A DNA stretch of 64,000 bases, from positions 124,149 to 188,148 of the forward strand of contig CAVVKN010000006.1 of the NCBI GenBank assembly GCA_963748825.1. The letters run 5' to 3'. Shown piece by piece: positions 28,410 through 39,374 of this stretch. Under the pieces are notes generated by a model. The model did no database searches. It saw only the letters and a program-made list of their open reading frames with translations, and had not been told where the DNA came from. Position numbers and translations under genes: made by a program. Position 1 is the first letter of the stretch, and every line of letters starts with the position of its first letter. The DNA is from Methanotrichaceae archaeon (lineage in GTDB: Archaea > Halobacteriota > Methanosarcinia > Methanotrichales > Methanotrichaceae).

Positions 28410-29525
28410 TCAATTTTTCGGTTGAGCTATCGAAACGGATCTGCTGAAAATGTTTCCACTTTTCGAAGGCAGGAAGCCTGCCGCTATTGCCATAATAGGA
28501 CCCATGATCATCCCTGAGCCCGCCAGCAGAGCGAGGGTACCCAGGACAGCCAGAAGGACTCTTTGCAGTATTCCCGCCTCTCCTCTGGCCAGACGAATGG
28601 CTGCTACACCCAAGAGAGCATTGAAAAGAGCAATAGCCACTGTGATGTACACCTCCTGCCCAAATGAAGCTCGAGTGAGATTGAAGACCATCTGCGTGAA
28701 GACGGAGGCACTGGTGGCCAGGAAGAGAAATCCGGCCAACAATCCAGCCAGGCAAAATGAGGTGTGACGAGAGCCGCGCCAGAAGAATAGGAGAGCGACA
28801 ATCTCGGCTACCAGATAGGGAATGAGTATAAGCCCCAGGCTCTGGCCCTCCCAGAGGTAAACGGATATGAGGCGCAGAGGCGTGGTAATCCTCTCCGAAA
28901 AACTGAACTCCTCCCGATAGCCCGCCGCCAGGCCGTAGTGCCCTAGAGTGCTATTCTGGCCATTTGTGCTGTTGCTAGTACTATTAACATTGCTATAAAC
29001 CGCTGCATAGTAGCGGTCCGATTTTGGTGCGGATATGTTTATCTCTGCCAATTCTATGAAGCTGCTGGGCCCGAAGGGCTCGTAGACGGCATTGGCAGCG
29101 CTCTTGCCTTCCGCAGTCAGGATTTTCAGGTTTGAAGCTTCCCGAGGCAGGGCCAATTGCCCCGGTGGCAGGCTGCCCGTCTCTAATCCCGGACCCAGGA
29201 GCACAAGGGCGGGAAGAAAATCCCTTTCTTTTACATCGGATGACTTGAAAAGGGAAAGATAAATTCGCTCGCCTTCCTCCAGGTCGAAGCTGTAGTAATG
29301 CACGACATCCTTTTCAAGAGAGCCGTAAACCGCCCAGGATTTGCCCGGATCGGTGATGTGCATGGCCGAAGAGATGTTCTCATTTCCTCCAGCCATGAGG
29401 GGCACGTGGGCAGAAGCTGGAAAAGCAAGCGAAAGCATGACTAGCAGAACGACGGGGAAGATGAGGCTCGATTTCACGCTGGTCATACACACTCGATCGG
29501 TATTCAATATTTCGGCCTTGCCCAT
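28410..29525 (-). CDS. Membrane protein with extracellular N-terminal domain
   Basis: Signal peptide (ASAHVP), soluble domain, about 5 C-terminal hydrophobic helices; start uncertain. Confidence 0.7.
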   Translation of the reverse strand: MGKAEILNTDRVCMTSVKSSLIFPVVLLVMLSLAFPASAHVPLMAGGNENISSAMHITDPGKSWAVYGSLEKDVVHYYSFDLEEGERIYLSLFKSSDVKERDFLPALVLLGPGLETGSLPPGQLALPREASNLKILTAEGKSAANAVYEPFGPSSFIELAEINISAPKSDRYYAAVYSNVNSTSNSTNGQNSTLGHYGLAAGYREEFSFSERITTPLRLISVYLWEGQSLGLILIPYLVAEIVALLFFWRGSRHTSFCLAGLLAGFLFLATSASVFTQMVFNLTRASFGQEVYITVAIALFNALLGVAAIRLARGEAGILQRVLLAVLGTLALLAGSGMIMGPIMAIAAGFLPSKSGNIFSRSVSIAQPKN

Positions 29526-29748
29526 GACCTGATCTTAGAGTCTCAATGGGGCCACTTCTGTTCGCGCCTGGCTACCGACATTCATAATATCAAATCCATA
29601 ACCTGCGAGAAATTCTGCTGCGGAGTCTCCTGTAGTGCCTCTGAGTAGCGCTTGAGCCAGACTGCCAACTATATGCCTTCATGCTGCCAATAAATTTATC
29701 TTTTATCCCGTCCATAACTTCATTAATGATTGAGTGGAGGTTAAAGTG

Positions 29749-30693
29749 ATGTTTGTAAAAAATGGAATTTTGCTATGCTTTTTGTTCATAGCAGCTGCGC
29801 TATGCACGGGCTGCAGCTTCGCCCAGGATAACGGGACGTCAACGATGGGAGTGATGGATGCGACTGCCAATCTGAGCCTAAATGAATTCTCCGCAGCGGT
29901 AGAAGGCACCGGCCTGGCGAATACTCTGAATAACCAGGGAGTTCTCACATTCACCACCGGATCCTTCGTTATCTTCGCGCCCAGCGATGAGGCCTTTGCA
30001 GCAGTTGCTGATGCAGACATGAACGCCATCAAGGAGAACGCTACCGAGCTGAAGAGAATACTCAGCTATCACATTGTCTGGAACGACGGCAGCTTTGAAA
30101 ACATCTCCGAGCTCTCCTCAGCAAAAACACTGCAGGGAGAGAATTTGACAATCGATAATACCGAAGGCCTGAAAGTAAATGGAGCCAATGTCACAGCGTC
30201 CAAGAGCTACGACAGCGGCACCGTCTTTGTGATTGACAAAGTGCTGCTGCCAAAGACTGCTTCCAGCCTGGGTGTGGCCGAAGCGGCCAATGATCTGGGT
30301 GCAAAGAAGTTCGCAGCCGCCATAAAGTCCGCTGGGCTGGTGGAGACGCTCAACGGCCAGGGCCTGATGGGATTTGAGAGTCTGGCAGGTGGGCCCTTTA
30401 CGGTATTCGCCCCAAGCGATGCCGCGTTTGATAAAGCCAAAGCAAACCTGGATGCCATCAGCAAGAAAGATGCAGGCATGATGAATCTTCTGTCCTACCA
30501 TATCGTTGATGCCAAGGACCTGCTCAACAAGACCGACACCAATTCAGCCAAGACAATGATGGGAGACTCCCTGGCAGTCGATCTAAACATGGGCCTGGTA
30601 GGCGGGGCCGATGTCTTGAAGTCCGAGAGGTATGCTAACGGCATTGTCTACGTCATAGACCAGGTGCTTGTTCCCATAAGGCTGAGCATGTAA
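29749..30693 (+). CDS. Fasciclin (FAS1) tandem-domain secreted protein
   Basis: Two FAS1 repeats: IFAPSDEAF...LSYHIV...VIDKVL and TVFAPSDAAF...LSYHIV...VIDQVL. Confidence 0.92.
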   Translation: MFVKNGILLCFLFIAAALCTGCSFAQDNGTSTMGVMDATANLSLNEFSAAVEGTGLANTLNNQGVLTFTTGSFVIFAPSDEAFAAVADADMNAIKENATELKRILSYHIVWNDGSFENISELSSAKTLQGENLTIDNTEGLKVNGANVTASKSYDSGTVFVIDKVLLPKTASSLGVAEAANDLGAKKFAAAIKSAGLVETLNGQGLMGFESLAGGPFTVFAPSDAAFDKAKANLDAISKKDAGMMNLLSYHIVDAKDLLNKTDTNSAKTMMGDSLAVDLNMGLVGGADVLKSERYANGIVYVIDQVLVPIRLSM

Positions 30694-30721
30694 AGCAATA
30701 GATAGATTCATTCTTTTTTCG

Positions 30722-30757
30722 GGATCGAGGAATTTATTCTCTCGATCCAATTTTTTT
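30722..30757 (+). terminator. Hairpin plus T-run terminator
   Basis: GGATCGAG...CTCGATCC inverted repeat followed by T7. Confidence 0.6.
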
Positions 30758-30784
30758 GATTTTTGAGTTCAGGATTTGATACAA

Positions 30785-31587
30785 ATGGCAAACGGTTATT
30801 TAGACCTAGACCTGCAGTTAAGCTCCGCCTTTGACGGAATTTATGACACACAAAATGGAATTGCCGTCTTTAAGATGCTTATCGACGGTAACTGGCGAAG
30901 CAGCGATAGAGGAGAGCTGCTGGACGTTCATACTCCCATCGACGGCAGCATCGTGGCAAAGGCCCAGATGGCAACAGCGAGCGATGTAATTTTAGCCACG
31001 AAAGCGGCCAAAGAGAAAAGGAGCATCAATGAACTGCCGGGCAGAGGTGCGATGCCGTGAGCGCCATCCTGGCTACGGAACCTATAGCTGAAACCTTGAG
31101 CCGCAATATCGTTTCCGAGGTTGACGGATGGAAACTGGGCGATCCCAGGGACCCGTCGGTCACCATCGGCCCGGTCATTAGCCCTCGGGCTGCAGCCGGC
31201 ATAAATGACCTGGTCACGGATGCCGTTTCCAAGGGTGCCCAGCTATTGAGGGGCGGCAAATTCCAGGGTACATACTTTGGGCCCGTGATCAGCATTATCC
31301 GCTGCAAGGACGAGCAAGAGGCTCTGAATTTTGCCCGCCAATCCAATTTCGGCCTGGAGTCGTGCGTCTTTACCAGGGACTTCTCCCGCATGTGGCGCGT
31401 GGCCAGGGCCCTGGAATGCGGCGAGGTCACCATCAACGACTATCCATCCCATGGCGTGGGCTATTTCCCATTCGGAGGAATAAAACAATCCGGGCTGGGG
31501 CGAGAGTGCATAGGCTAAAGCATCGAGGAGATGACCAACCTCAAGACCATCGTCTTCAATTTGGCACCTGGCGAAAGAGAAAGATAG
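30785..31587 (+). pseudogene. Aldehyde dehydrogenase (GAPN-like) pseudogene
   Basis: KMLIDGNW...TPIDGS, a large internal deletion, IGPVI, FGPV, FPFGGIKQSGLGRE, then an in-frame TAA before SIEEMTNLKTIV. Confidence 0.85.
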
Positions 31588-31652
31588 GATGGGACAAACG
31601 GTGCAAAAAAAAGAGAGGGATTGAGATGAACAACGCGGCTTGAATCTGCCCA

Positions 31653-33023
31653 CTATTTTTTTATTGGACACGTCCTCGATCTCCAGCCGGCCATGCCTCC
31701 TAAAATGACGGCCAAGCTCTTCCAGCCCCTCGCCTTTAGAAAGCTTGCCGCTACCATGGACCGCATGCCACTGCCGCAGAAGATGTACACTTCCCGGTCT
31801 TTTGGCACCTCATCCAAACTCTTGGCAATGGCAGTGATATGGATATGCTGCGCACCCTCGATTCTGCCATCTCTTTCCAGCTCACTCTCGGATCTGACAT
31901 CCAAAATCCAGATAGGCTCACCCTCATCCAGCAGGCGGCAGAGCTCTTGCACCGTAAGTGTTCTGATGGCAGCCGACTGCAGGCCGGACATATGCCAGCT
32001 CAGCATGCCTCCCGCCAAAAACCCGGCGATGTCATCGTACCCCTGGCGCAGGAGAATGGCAGCTACATTCTCGACGGAATTGCCTTCGCCAACGAGAAGA
32101 ATGGGCCGGTCATAGCTGAGAAACCAGCCGGCAAAGCTGGCTAAACCCTCCAGCCAGATGGATTGGGAGCCGGGAACGTGAGCAGCACCGAAGGCCAGCT
32201 CCTGGCGAGTATCCAGGATCTGAGCATTCTGTTTCTCGGAAAGGGCAAAAAAGTCCTTGGCATCAAGGGGCCTGGGAGAAGGCAGGGCTCCCAGAATCGG
32301 TCTGCCCTCCAGATTCACCTTTTCCATGCGGCTGAAGTAGGGGGGCCTATCCGGCTGGCTCTTTAATATTGAGGCCACGAATTGCTCTTTGCTCTTTGCC
32401 TGCAGCCTTGCATTGTGCTTTTTCTCGAGACCAAGGGTAGTCCAGAGGCGCTCGGCAATTAGCTCGCCGCAAACCGAGCCTGACCCGTGCGCCGGGCAGA
32501 GTATGACCTCATCGCCCAGTGGCAGCAGCTTTGCAAAGAGGCTCTCGTAAAGCAGGCCGGCCATTTCCGCGGCCAACTCTTTTCCCAGCAGATCGATTCG
32601 GCCCACGTCTCCGGCAAAGAGAGCGTCCCCACTAAAGAGCATCCAGGGAACGCCGGCAGGATCGCGCAGCAGGTAGCTCATGCTTCCTGGTGTGTGGCCG
32701 GGCGTGGCGAGGGCCTCGACCTCCAGGCGGCCCACCTTCCATTTCTGGCCGGCAGTGACAGGCTGTCCATATTGGTATTCCCATTGACCGTCGGCATGCC
32801 AGACCTCCGCTCCCGTACGGCCAGCCAACTCCATCGATCCCACAAAATAATCCTCATTCCTGTGTGTCTCCAGGACATGAGCTATCCTCATCCCCGCTTC
32901 GGTGGCCATTTTTATATAGACATCAACGTCTCTTCTAGGATCGATTACCAGGGCCCGGGTTCTGTCGCCTACTAGATAGGAGTAATGAGCAAGGCCTGCA
33001 GAGACAATTCTTTCTAAGAGCAT
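31653..33023 (-). CDS. MBL-fold (persulfide dioxygenase-like) protein with two rhodanese domains
   Basis: IDPRRD, ETHRNED, TPGHTPGS, FSGDALFAGDVGR, PAHGSGSVCG; C-terminal rhodanese FCGSGMRS. Confidence 0.88.
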   Translation of the reverse strand: MLLERIVSAGLAHYSYLVGDRTRALVIDPRRDVDVYIKMATEAGMRIAHVLETHRNEDYFVGSMELAGRTGAEVWHADGQWEYQYGQPVTAGQKWKVGRLEVEALATPGHTPGSMSYLLRDPAGVPWMLFSGDALFAGDVGRIDLLGKELAAEMAGLLYESLFAKLLPLGDEVILCPAHGSGSVCGELIAERLWTTLGLEKKHNARLQAKSKEQFVASILKSQPDRPPYFSRMEKVNLEGRPILGALPSPRPLDAKDFFALSEKQNAQILDTRQELAFGAAHVPGSQSIWLEGLASFAGWFLSYDRPILLVGEGNSVENVAAILLRQGYDDIAGFLAGGMLSWHMSGLQSAAIRTLTVQELCRLLDEGEPIWILDVRSESELERDGRIEGAQHIHITAIAKSLDEVPKDREVYIFCGSGMRSMVAASFLKARGWKSLAVILGGMAGWRSRTCPIKK

Positions 33024-33043
33024 GATATATTACACCTCGATTA

Positions 33044-33931
33044 TCAGCGAGGATTCTCTCCGGTAACCGTTGGGTTATCAGCATGAGATGACCATTCTGT
33101 AAAGGAGCCCTCATAGATCCTGACCTTAACATGTCCCAGGTAGAACTTGAAGAAGAGGAATTCGTTGGTAGCCTCGCGTCCCGTGCCGCAATAGATGATC
33201 AGGGTCTTATCGGGTGTTATATTGAATTTGCCAACCAGTTGCTGTAGCTCTTCATCGCTTTTCATGAGCCTGGCATTGTCCTTGGTCATAAGTGTTCGCC
33301 AGGGAAAACTGTTGGCTCCCGGGATGTGTCCATTCTTGAGCCACAGCCCTCCTTCTTTGTAGGACTCGAAGGGGCGAGCGTCAAGGAGGATTACATCCTC
33401 GTGGTCCTTGATCTTCTTTAATTCCTCGTGCTCTATGAAATACTCTTTTCTCACGGAGATTTCAAAGTCTGACGCTTTCCAAGAAGGAAATAGTTTGGTA
33501 AGCTCCCGGCCTTCTTCCTTCCATTTCTCCAGGCCGCCATCCAGAATATAGACATTATTGTGGCCAAAGCGTACCAGGGAATAGGCCATCATGGTCTGCT
33601 CCAGACCGTCTCCGAGGCCCGCTGCGCATTTGCTGTACCGCCCGGAAGCGGAATATATTACCACGGGCCTATTCGGCTGCAGACCTATCTGACGCAAGAT
33701 CGGCTGCAAGACCTCAGGCGGAACAAAAACGGCCGGCAGCCCGTTACGCGTCGATCGAAGGAGGCCTTCGTTAAGGTATATGGCACCAGGAAGATGGCCC
33801 ATGATGTAGTCATGCACATTGGGCTGTACGTCAAGGATCATGAGGTTTTCATCGCTGATGTGATCATTAAGCCAATCAGTGGAAACCCACTTCACCGCGC
33901 TCTTGCCAGCGGGATAAGGATATGTCTTCAT
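33044..33931 (-). CDS. Tandem-rhodanese sulfurtransferase (SseA/TST-like)
   Basis: GHLPGA, LDGG..KW, GHIPGA, active-site YCGTGRE, YEGSFTEW. Confidence 0.9.
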   Translation of the reverse strand: MKTYPYPAGKSAVKWVSTDWLNDHISDENLMILDVQPNVHDYIMGHLPGAIYLNEGLLRSTRNGLPAVFVPPEVLQPILRQIGLQPNRPVVIYSASGRYSKCAAGLGDGLEQTMMAYSLVRFGHNNVYILDGGLEKWKEEGRELTKLFPSWKASDFEISVRKEYFIEHEELKKIKDHEDVILLDARPFESYKEGGLWLKNGHIPGANSFPWRTLMTKDNARLMKSDEELQQLVGKFNITPDKTLIIYCGTGREATNEFLFFKFYLGHVKVRIYEGSFTEWSSHADNPTVTGENPR

Positions 33932-34045
33932 AATTTCATAACTCCAATTTTCCAGCCCTACGGCCGCTTGCTTCTGCCCAGAAATCAGAAACTCTCTGCA
34001 ATTCTGCAATATTAGTCGCTCATGACATATCTATTTAACGAGATC

Positions 34046-34759
34046 TTAACGAGGTCTGCAACTTTTGCAATTGAAGACATCATCCGCACTTATCAACACC
34101 GGCTCTGAGGGATATATAGCAAAACTTTCGCCACAACAGCTCAGCCAGCCATCAGAAGCCCTCGTTTTAAAGTAGCTACTGTTAATAGCAAAATTTTTGG
34201 ATATATGATATGTGCCAATGTATTCCTCTTCGATCTCTATGGCCGGATTTTTCCAGGCACTAGTCATAGGATCTGTTCCGCTATTACCGCTCTTGCCTGC
34301 AGAGCTATCGCTGCCCGAAAGCACCCCGATATGGACCCTGCCGCTCGTAACGGTTTCATCGATCTGCATATGAGTTGTGGCGGAGTTGATGGTCTCGTAT
34401 TCACCCTGGCTGCTGCTGGAAGAAACCGCATATTCCGTCTTCCCTGAGACTTCCTGGGCAAAGCCTACCTCATGACTCATGGAGGTAGCTGAATTGGCAT
34501 TGGCAAGTTCTGTTCGGCTGCCTATTCCTGTGCCAATGGCAATAGGATGAGATGAATAGTAGCCGCTTCCCAGGGAAAGGTCCACGGGAGCGCTGGTAAT
34601 TTTGTTTTGGCCAATAAAAGAGAGCGATGAATTATTGTAAGATGAATTGCCTTTAATAAAATCCCCAGAAGCGATATCCTGAGAGGCTATGGCAGGGACG
34701 CCTACCACTGCAAGTGCAATCAAGACTGATGATAATAATAACATAGTTCTATTGCGCAT
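34046..34759 (-). CDS. Secreted Ser-rich hypothetical protein
   Basis: Signal peptide MRNRTMLLLSSVLIALAVVG. Confidence 0.65.
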   Translation of the reverse strand: MRNRTMLLLSSVLIALAVVGVPAIASQDIASGDFIKGNSSYNNSSLSFIGQNKITSAPVDLSLGSGYYSSHPIAIGTGIGSRTELANANSATSMSHEVGFAQEVSGKTEYAVSSSSSQGEYETINSATTHMQIDETVTSGRVHIGVLSGSDSSAGKSGNSGTDPMTSAWKNPAIEIEEEYIGTYHISKNFAINSSYFKTRASDGWLSCCGESFAIYPSEPVLISADDVFNCKSCRPR

Positions 34760-34851
34760 AGTTGTTGGCACCGTTTTTAGATCGAGTGCTATGCATATAT
34801 TTGAATCGGTCGGAGAAAAATAAAGGCCACTTCTTATTCCGTCCAATCATT

Positions 34852-35340
34852 TCAGGGATTGAGCCTCCAGAGGGTGTAATTGAGAAAAGCAGCAAAGCTC
34901 ACCCAGATGATGTAAGGAACGAGGAGCAGGGCCGCATCTTTGCTGATGGACCAAAACCGGATGATGTTTTGCAGTATGAGAAGCCAGAGGACCACAATCA
35001 CCACGACTCCTGCCAGAGGAGACTGCAAGCCAAAGAAGGCGTAGGACCAGAGCACATTGACCAAAAGCTGGGCTGCAAATACACCTAATGCAATCTTGCT
35101 ATCCGCGCCGCTTATCCCCTTCCGCCAGATCAAAAATAGAGAGAGGCCCATGAGGGCAAAGAGCGCAATCCAAACCGCAGAGATGACCGATCCTGGTGGC
35201 GTAAATCCGGGCTTGACGAGGGTCGTATACCAGGTAGTAACAGAGCTGGCTGTAAAAACCGAGCCTATAACTCCGGCTAACTGGCATATAGCTATGCATA
35301 AGATGAGCCTGGCAAGCTCCATCAAAGTTATGGATTTCAT
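34852..35340 (-). CDS. tspO: TspO/MBR family tryptophan-rich sensory protein
   Basis: WYTTLVKPGFTPP, QLLVNVLWS..FFG, LLVPYIIWVSFAAFLN. Confidence 0.93.
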   Translation of the reverse strand: MKSITLMELARLILCIAICQLAGVIGSVFTASSVTTWYTTLVKPGFTPPGSVISAVWIALFALMGLSLFLIWRKGISGADSKIALGVFAAQLLVNVLWSYAFFGLQSPLAGVVVIVVLWLLILQNIIRFWSISKDAALLLVPYIIWVSFAAFLNYTLWRLNP

Positions 35341-35560
35341 CAGCCACCGCCTAAATTTTTCCGCTTGGTTCTTCAGCAAGCCATGTTTCTTTTAGCATCC
35401 TTTGAATTTAATTCTTTTGTTTCACTGCTTTGCCGTGGCTGCAGTAAGGCTGGTCCTGAGGGCTATGCATCTTTATCTCATCATCCGTTGCGTACTTGAG
35501 TTTTTTTCCGCGATTTCATTTTTACTCGATAGCCCCAAAAGGTTAGTCTTTCGTTCCCAC

Positions 35561-35908
35561 CTAAATTCGATGATTTGGCCGCAAATCGTCAATCGCATCT
35601 TTCAAATCCGAATGGATGGAGAAGATCTTTGAGAGGCCCGATATCTCGAAAATCTCCAGCACAACGGGCTGAAGCGATGTCAATCTCATGTCTCCTTTTT
35701 TTGTCTTTAGCATTCTTAGGCTTGCCAAAAGAACCCGCAAACCCAAGCTGCTTATGTACTCGGCGTCCGCTAGATCGACGACGATCATATAATTATTATC
35801 GATGGCTTTTATTAAGACGTCCTCCAAATCCTTTGAAGTATTTGAATCAATTCTTCCCGAGACTGAGATCACATAGATATTTTCGACATCTTCTTCGGCA
35901 ATCCTCAT
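35561..35908 (-). CDS. STAS-domain anti-anti-sigma factor-like protein (RsbV/SpoIIAA family)
   Basis: SGRID, VVDLADAEYISSLGLRVLL, VLEIFEISGL. Confidence 0.92.
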   Translation of the reverse strand: MRIAEEDVENIYVISVSGRIDSNTSKDLEDVLIKAIDNNYMIVVDLADAEYISSLGLRVLLASLRMLKTKKGDMRLTSLQPVVLEIFEISGLSKIFSIHSDLKDAIDDLRPNHRI

Positions 35909-35923
35909 AATCTCACGCTACAA

Positions 35924-36283
35924 CTAATCTCGCCTGAAATTCCTGCCTTCAATAGCATCTTGTTGTGATGAATAGATGGAGAAGATCTTTTCAAGACCTG
36001 TCACCCGGAAGATGTCCTTAACAAAAGGCTGCAAAGCAGCCAGTACCAGGCATCTATGATTCTCTTTTTGCCTCTTCAATGAGGCCAGCAATACTCTCAG
36101 TCCCACGCTGCTAATATAATCCACCGCTTCCAGATCGATCACAATTTTAGCAATATTGCGCCCTATCACGCAATTTAGCCTGGCATCTAGATCCTTTGAG
36201 CTTATGGTATCCATTCTCCCTGAGATCTCTATGACATAAGCATCTCCCAAATTCCTTTCTCGTATTTCCATCCGATTCCACAT
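35924..36283 (-). CDS. STAS-domain anti-anti-sigma factor-like protein (RsbV/SpoIIAA family)
   Basis: SGRMD, VIDLEAVDYISSVGLRVLL, VKDIFRVTGL. Confidence 0.92.
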   Translation of the reverse strand: MWNRMEIRERNLGDAYVIEISGRMDTISSKDLDARLNCVIGRNIAKIVIDLEAVDYISSVGLRVLLASLKRQKENHRCLVLAALQPFVKDIFRVTGLEKIFSIYSSQQDAIEGRNFRRD

Positions 36284-36344
36284 CCTGTTTTGGAGATTAG
36301 ATTATACAATTGTCTCATTCTCTATGGGGGAACGGCCATATTAC

Positions 36345-39300
36345 TCAATTACATTCACTTTTATTCATTATCTTCTTTAGGATTAATACATTTTTCCCAT
36401 CCCTAAACTCGTATTTTATTTCGTCGACCAAGGACTTGATAAGATGTATGCCCAATCCACCAATTGGCCGCTCCTCCAAATCAGCCGAAAGATCTGGCAT
36501 ATCCAATTGAGTAGGATCGAAGCGAGGGGCCTGATCCTCAATTGTCAGCGTCAAACAGTCACCATAAAAATCACTTTTAATGAGGATCGTCCCCTCAACA
36601 CCTCGATATCCGTGCTGGATGATATTAATGACTGCTTCCTCTACAGCCAGCTCGATATCAGATATCTTTTTCTTGCCAAATCCGGCAAATGACATAACCT
36701 CATTAATAAAAGCTGTTACCTTGGGAAGCTCCTCTTCTCGTGCCTCCACCATAATCATTGAATGCTTTTCCCGATGCTCGCATGCTTTTATTACAATCAA
36801 GGTGAGATCGTCATTTTGCTCTTGACAGTAGCTGAAATTCGAAATATCATCGAGGATGCTACTCAAAATGCCCTCCGCCGAAAGCCTGCTCGATGCGCGG
36901 ATGACATCAGTTATTCGAAATCGTCCATATAGCTCCTCTTTGTCATTCATTGCCTCAGTCACCCCATCCGTGTAGAAGACTGCCACGTCTCCTGGTGAGA
37001 TTTTTATTGTACGCTCCTTGTATTCTAAATTCGCTGTCGCTCCTAAAACGATGCCTGTTGCCGGTTCCTCAACAAATCCACCTGTCTCTGATCTAAATAG
37101 CAATGGTGGACTGTGGCCTGCGTTGGCATAAGTGAAGCTTCGAGCCTTTCCATCTAAGATCCCGTACAATAGAGTTACGAACATGCCAGCGGTTGCATCC
37201 TGTACGATCATATTGTTGGAAGCTTTGAGAACTTCTGATGTATCTGATTGATGGCTGGCATTGGCTCGGACGATCGTCCTGGAAAGAGCCATGAAAAGGG
37301 CGGCAGGAACGCCCTTTCCTGCTACATCCGCAATCACAAGTCCATACTTGTCCTCCGGTCGGGCAATGAAATCATAGAAGTCTCCACCTACTTCCATCGC
37401 AGGTTTGCTCACCGCTGCAATCTCAAAGTCAGAGATCATAGGAGTCTTTTGGGGGATGAATCTTTTCTGAATTTCCCCTGCAATATGCAGCTCTACCCTT
37501 GACCGCTCGAGCGTCTGCTCCATTCGTCGGCGTTCGGTCATGTCGCGTATAGATTCTATCGCGCCGACTCTTCTGCCGGAAGCATCCCAAAGGGCAGTAG
37601 CCTTCCCCAGCAGGTAAGACCCACCAGGATGGCCAAATGAAGGTATGAAAGTCTCACCAATTACACTTGGGCCATCTCTCTGGATGTTGAAATACTCGTT
37701 CTCAAACTCAGTATGCGGCATTAGCACCATATCTACGAGGATAGGCCTTCTGATCTTATAAAATGGCAGAGAATGCTCATAGTTACCCTTACCCAGCATT
37801 TTCTCTGCCTTGACTCCTGTGAGAATCTCCATGGCCTTATTCCAGACTATCACTTTGCCGTCAAGGTCTACAGCCAGGAGAGCCTCCGGCAGAAAGTCGA
37901 TGATGTCCGCCAGCCTCCTCTTTGACTGTATAAGGGCTTCTTCCGCTACTTTCAAATCTGTGATATCCCTGCCTACTGATTGGATCTCAATTAGATGACT
38001 TGAATCGTCAAATATGCCGTGAGAGGTCCACAAGAGCCAGCGCGTTCCAGTCGGTGTGATGGACTGGCTTTCATATGTGAATGTAGGGTGATCGACGCTC
38101 AATTTGCCCCTCAATTCTTCAGGCGATCTCAAATGCCCATCCAGGATCAATTGATCCATCCTATTGCCAATAATTTCCTCAAAATGTTCGGAAAAAAAGG
38201 TGCAAAATGCAACATTGACGAAGGTAATGGTGCCGTCCATGAGATTTCTGCAGATCAAATCCGGCTGCTCTTCGACAACTGCTTTATAGCGTTTTTCACT
38301 TTTAAAAAGCTCTTTTTGAGCCTGTTCCACCGCGGAGAGCATACTGTTGATGGAAGTGGCAAGGATGGTCAATTCATCTTTTCCTTGCTCTTTAAAGCGA
38401 AATGACATATCTCGACTATTACTAATACGAATTATGCCGGCAATAAGAACGCTAAGGCGGGAAAGAACGGATCTGTCCAGGTATGCAAGCATCAGAATCA
38501 AGAAAAAAAAGCCGGCGATCGAGAATATAATTATAAAAGTATGCAGACTTTCAGTGTCCTGTCTATAGATATCCCTTGGAGAATCTACTCGGAGAATAAA
38601 TAGTGGATTGCCATAGATATTTCTCAATAGAGTATATCCGGCGACTGTATCCGTGTTTAGCGATTTGACGAAGATTGGCGTGTTTTCGGACAAGAAGGGT
38701 TCGACCTGTTTGAAATCGGTAGGCATTTCATTTTTTATTGAATATATGGTCAGATTCAACTGAGTGATCTCTGAGATCTTTTTGACCTCGTTCTCAGTGA
38801 AATAGCGCCCCAATACCACCCTGCCCATAGATGGACCAAGTCTTTGGCTGTTGGTTATGGGTTGGGTAACTAACAGCATCGACTTGTTGGATAAAGAAAT
38901 GATGCCGGAGAATTTCCTCTGTTTATCGAAGCATCCTGGACAAAAACCATACCTAGATAGCTGTTCAATAAGATCTTGAGGAATATCTTCGCCCTTTCCG
39001 TCGAAGGCCAGGTATCTACTGAAAACGATTTGACCATTAGTATCCATGAATAATATTAAATTAATTTCCATATTATTTAGACTATTATTTGTAAGACTGC
39101 CATTAGCGATATTATTATTTATAAAATAAGGATTTCCGGTTTTCATGAAGTCGTAGGTGTCATTTCTGGCTGCCCAATAATTTGCCAGATTCCCTAGACT
39201 TTCCAGCTCATTTGATATGGCGATAAGGACTCTCGTTACTTTCGTCTCAGTGTCCTGCACCTCCATATTCGAAAAACTATTATGCAGTTCTATTTGTGTT

Positions 39301-39374
39301 GTCGCGTACAAGATTATGATCAGGAAGATAAGGGTGAAGCCCACAACAACCAGAGTCTTTCGCCGCAAATTCAT
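36345..39374 (-). CDS. Membrane sensor: CHASE4-HAMP-PAS-PAS-SpoIIE/PP2C phosphatase-RsbW-like HATPase
   Basis: Two TM helices around CHASE4 (YWAARNDTYDF); HAMP (DELTILATSINSM); PAS/PAC (GRDITD, IRDMTE); PP2C (VGGDFYD, IADVAGKG, YANAGH, YTDGVTEA, DDLT); RsbW-type kinase (AVEEAVINIIQHG, IED....FDP, GGLGIHLI). Confidence 0.92.
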   Translation of the reverse strand: MNLRRKTLVVVGFTLIFLIIILYATTQIELHNSFSNMEVQDTETKVTRVLIAISNELESLGNLANYWAARNDTYDFMKTGNPYFINNNIANGSLTNNSLNNMEINLILFMDTNGQIVFSRYLAFDGKGEDIPQDLIEQLSRYGFCPGCFDKQRKFSGIISLSNKSMLLVTQPITNSQRLGPSMGRVVLGRYFTENEVKKISEITQLNLTIYSIKNEMPTDFKQVEPFLSENTPIFVKSLNTDTVAGYTLLRNIYGNPLFILRVDSPRDIYRQDTESLHTFIIIFSIAGFFFLILMLAYLDRSVLSRLSVLIAGIIRISNSRDMSFRFKEQGKDELTILATSINSMLSAVEQAQKELFKSEKRYKAVVEEQPDLICRNLMDGTITFVNVAFCTFFSEHFEEIIGNRMDQLILDGHLRSPEELRGKLSVDHPTFTYESQSITPTGTRWLLWTSHGIFDDSSHLIEIQSVGRDITDLKVAEEALIQSKRRLADIIDFLPEALLAVDLDGKVIVWNKAMEILTGVKAEKMLGKGNYEHSLPFYKIRRPILVDMVLMPHTEFENEYFNIQRDGPSVIGETFIPSFGHPGGSYLLGKATALWDASGRRVGAIESIRDMTERRRMEQTLERSRVELHIAGEIQKRFIPQKTPMISDFEIAAVSKPAMEVGGDFYDFIARPEDKYGLVIADVAGKGVPAALFMALSRTIVRANASHQSDTSEVLKASNNMIVQDATAGMFVTLLYGILDGKARSFTYANAGHSPPLLFRSETGGFVEEPATGIVLGATANLEYKERTIKISPGDVAVFYTDGVTEAMNDKEELYGRFRITDVIRASSRLSAEGILSSILDDISNFSYCQEQNDDLTLIVIKACEHREKHSMIMVEAREEELPKVTAFINEVMSFAGFGKKKISDIELAVEEAVINIIQHGYRGVEGTILIKSDFYGDCLTLTIEDQAPRFDPTQLDMPDLSADLEERPIGGLGIHLIKSLVDEIKYEFRDGKNVLILKKIMNKSECN

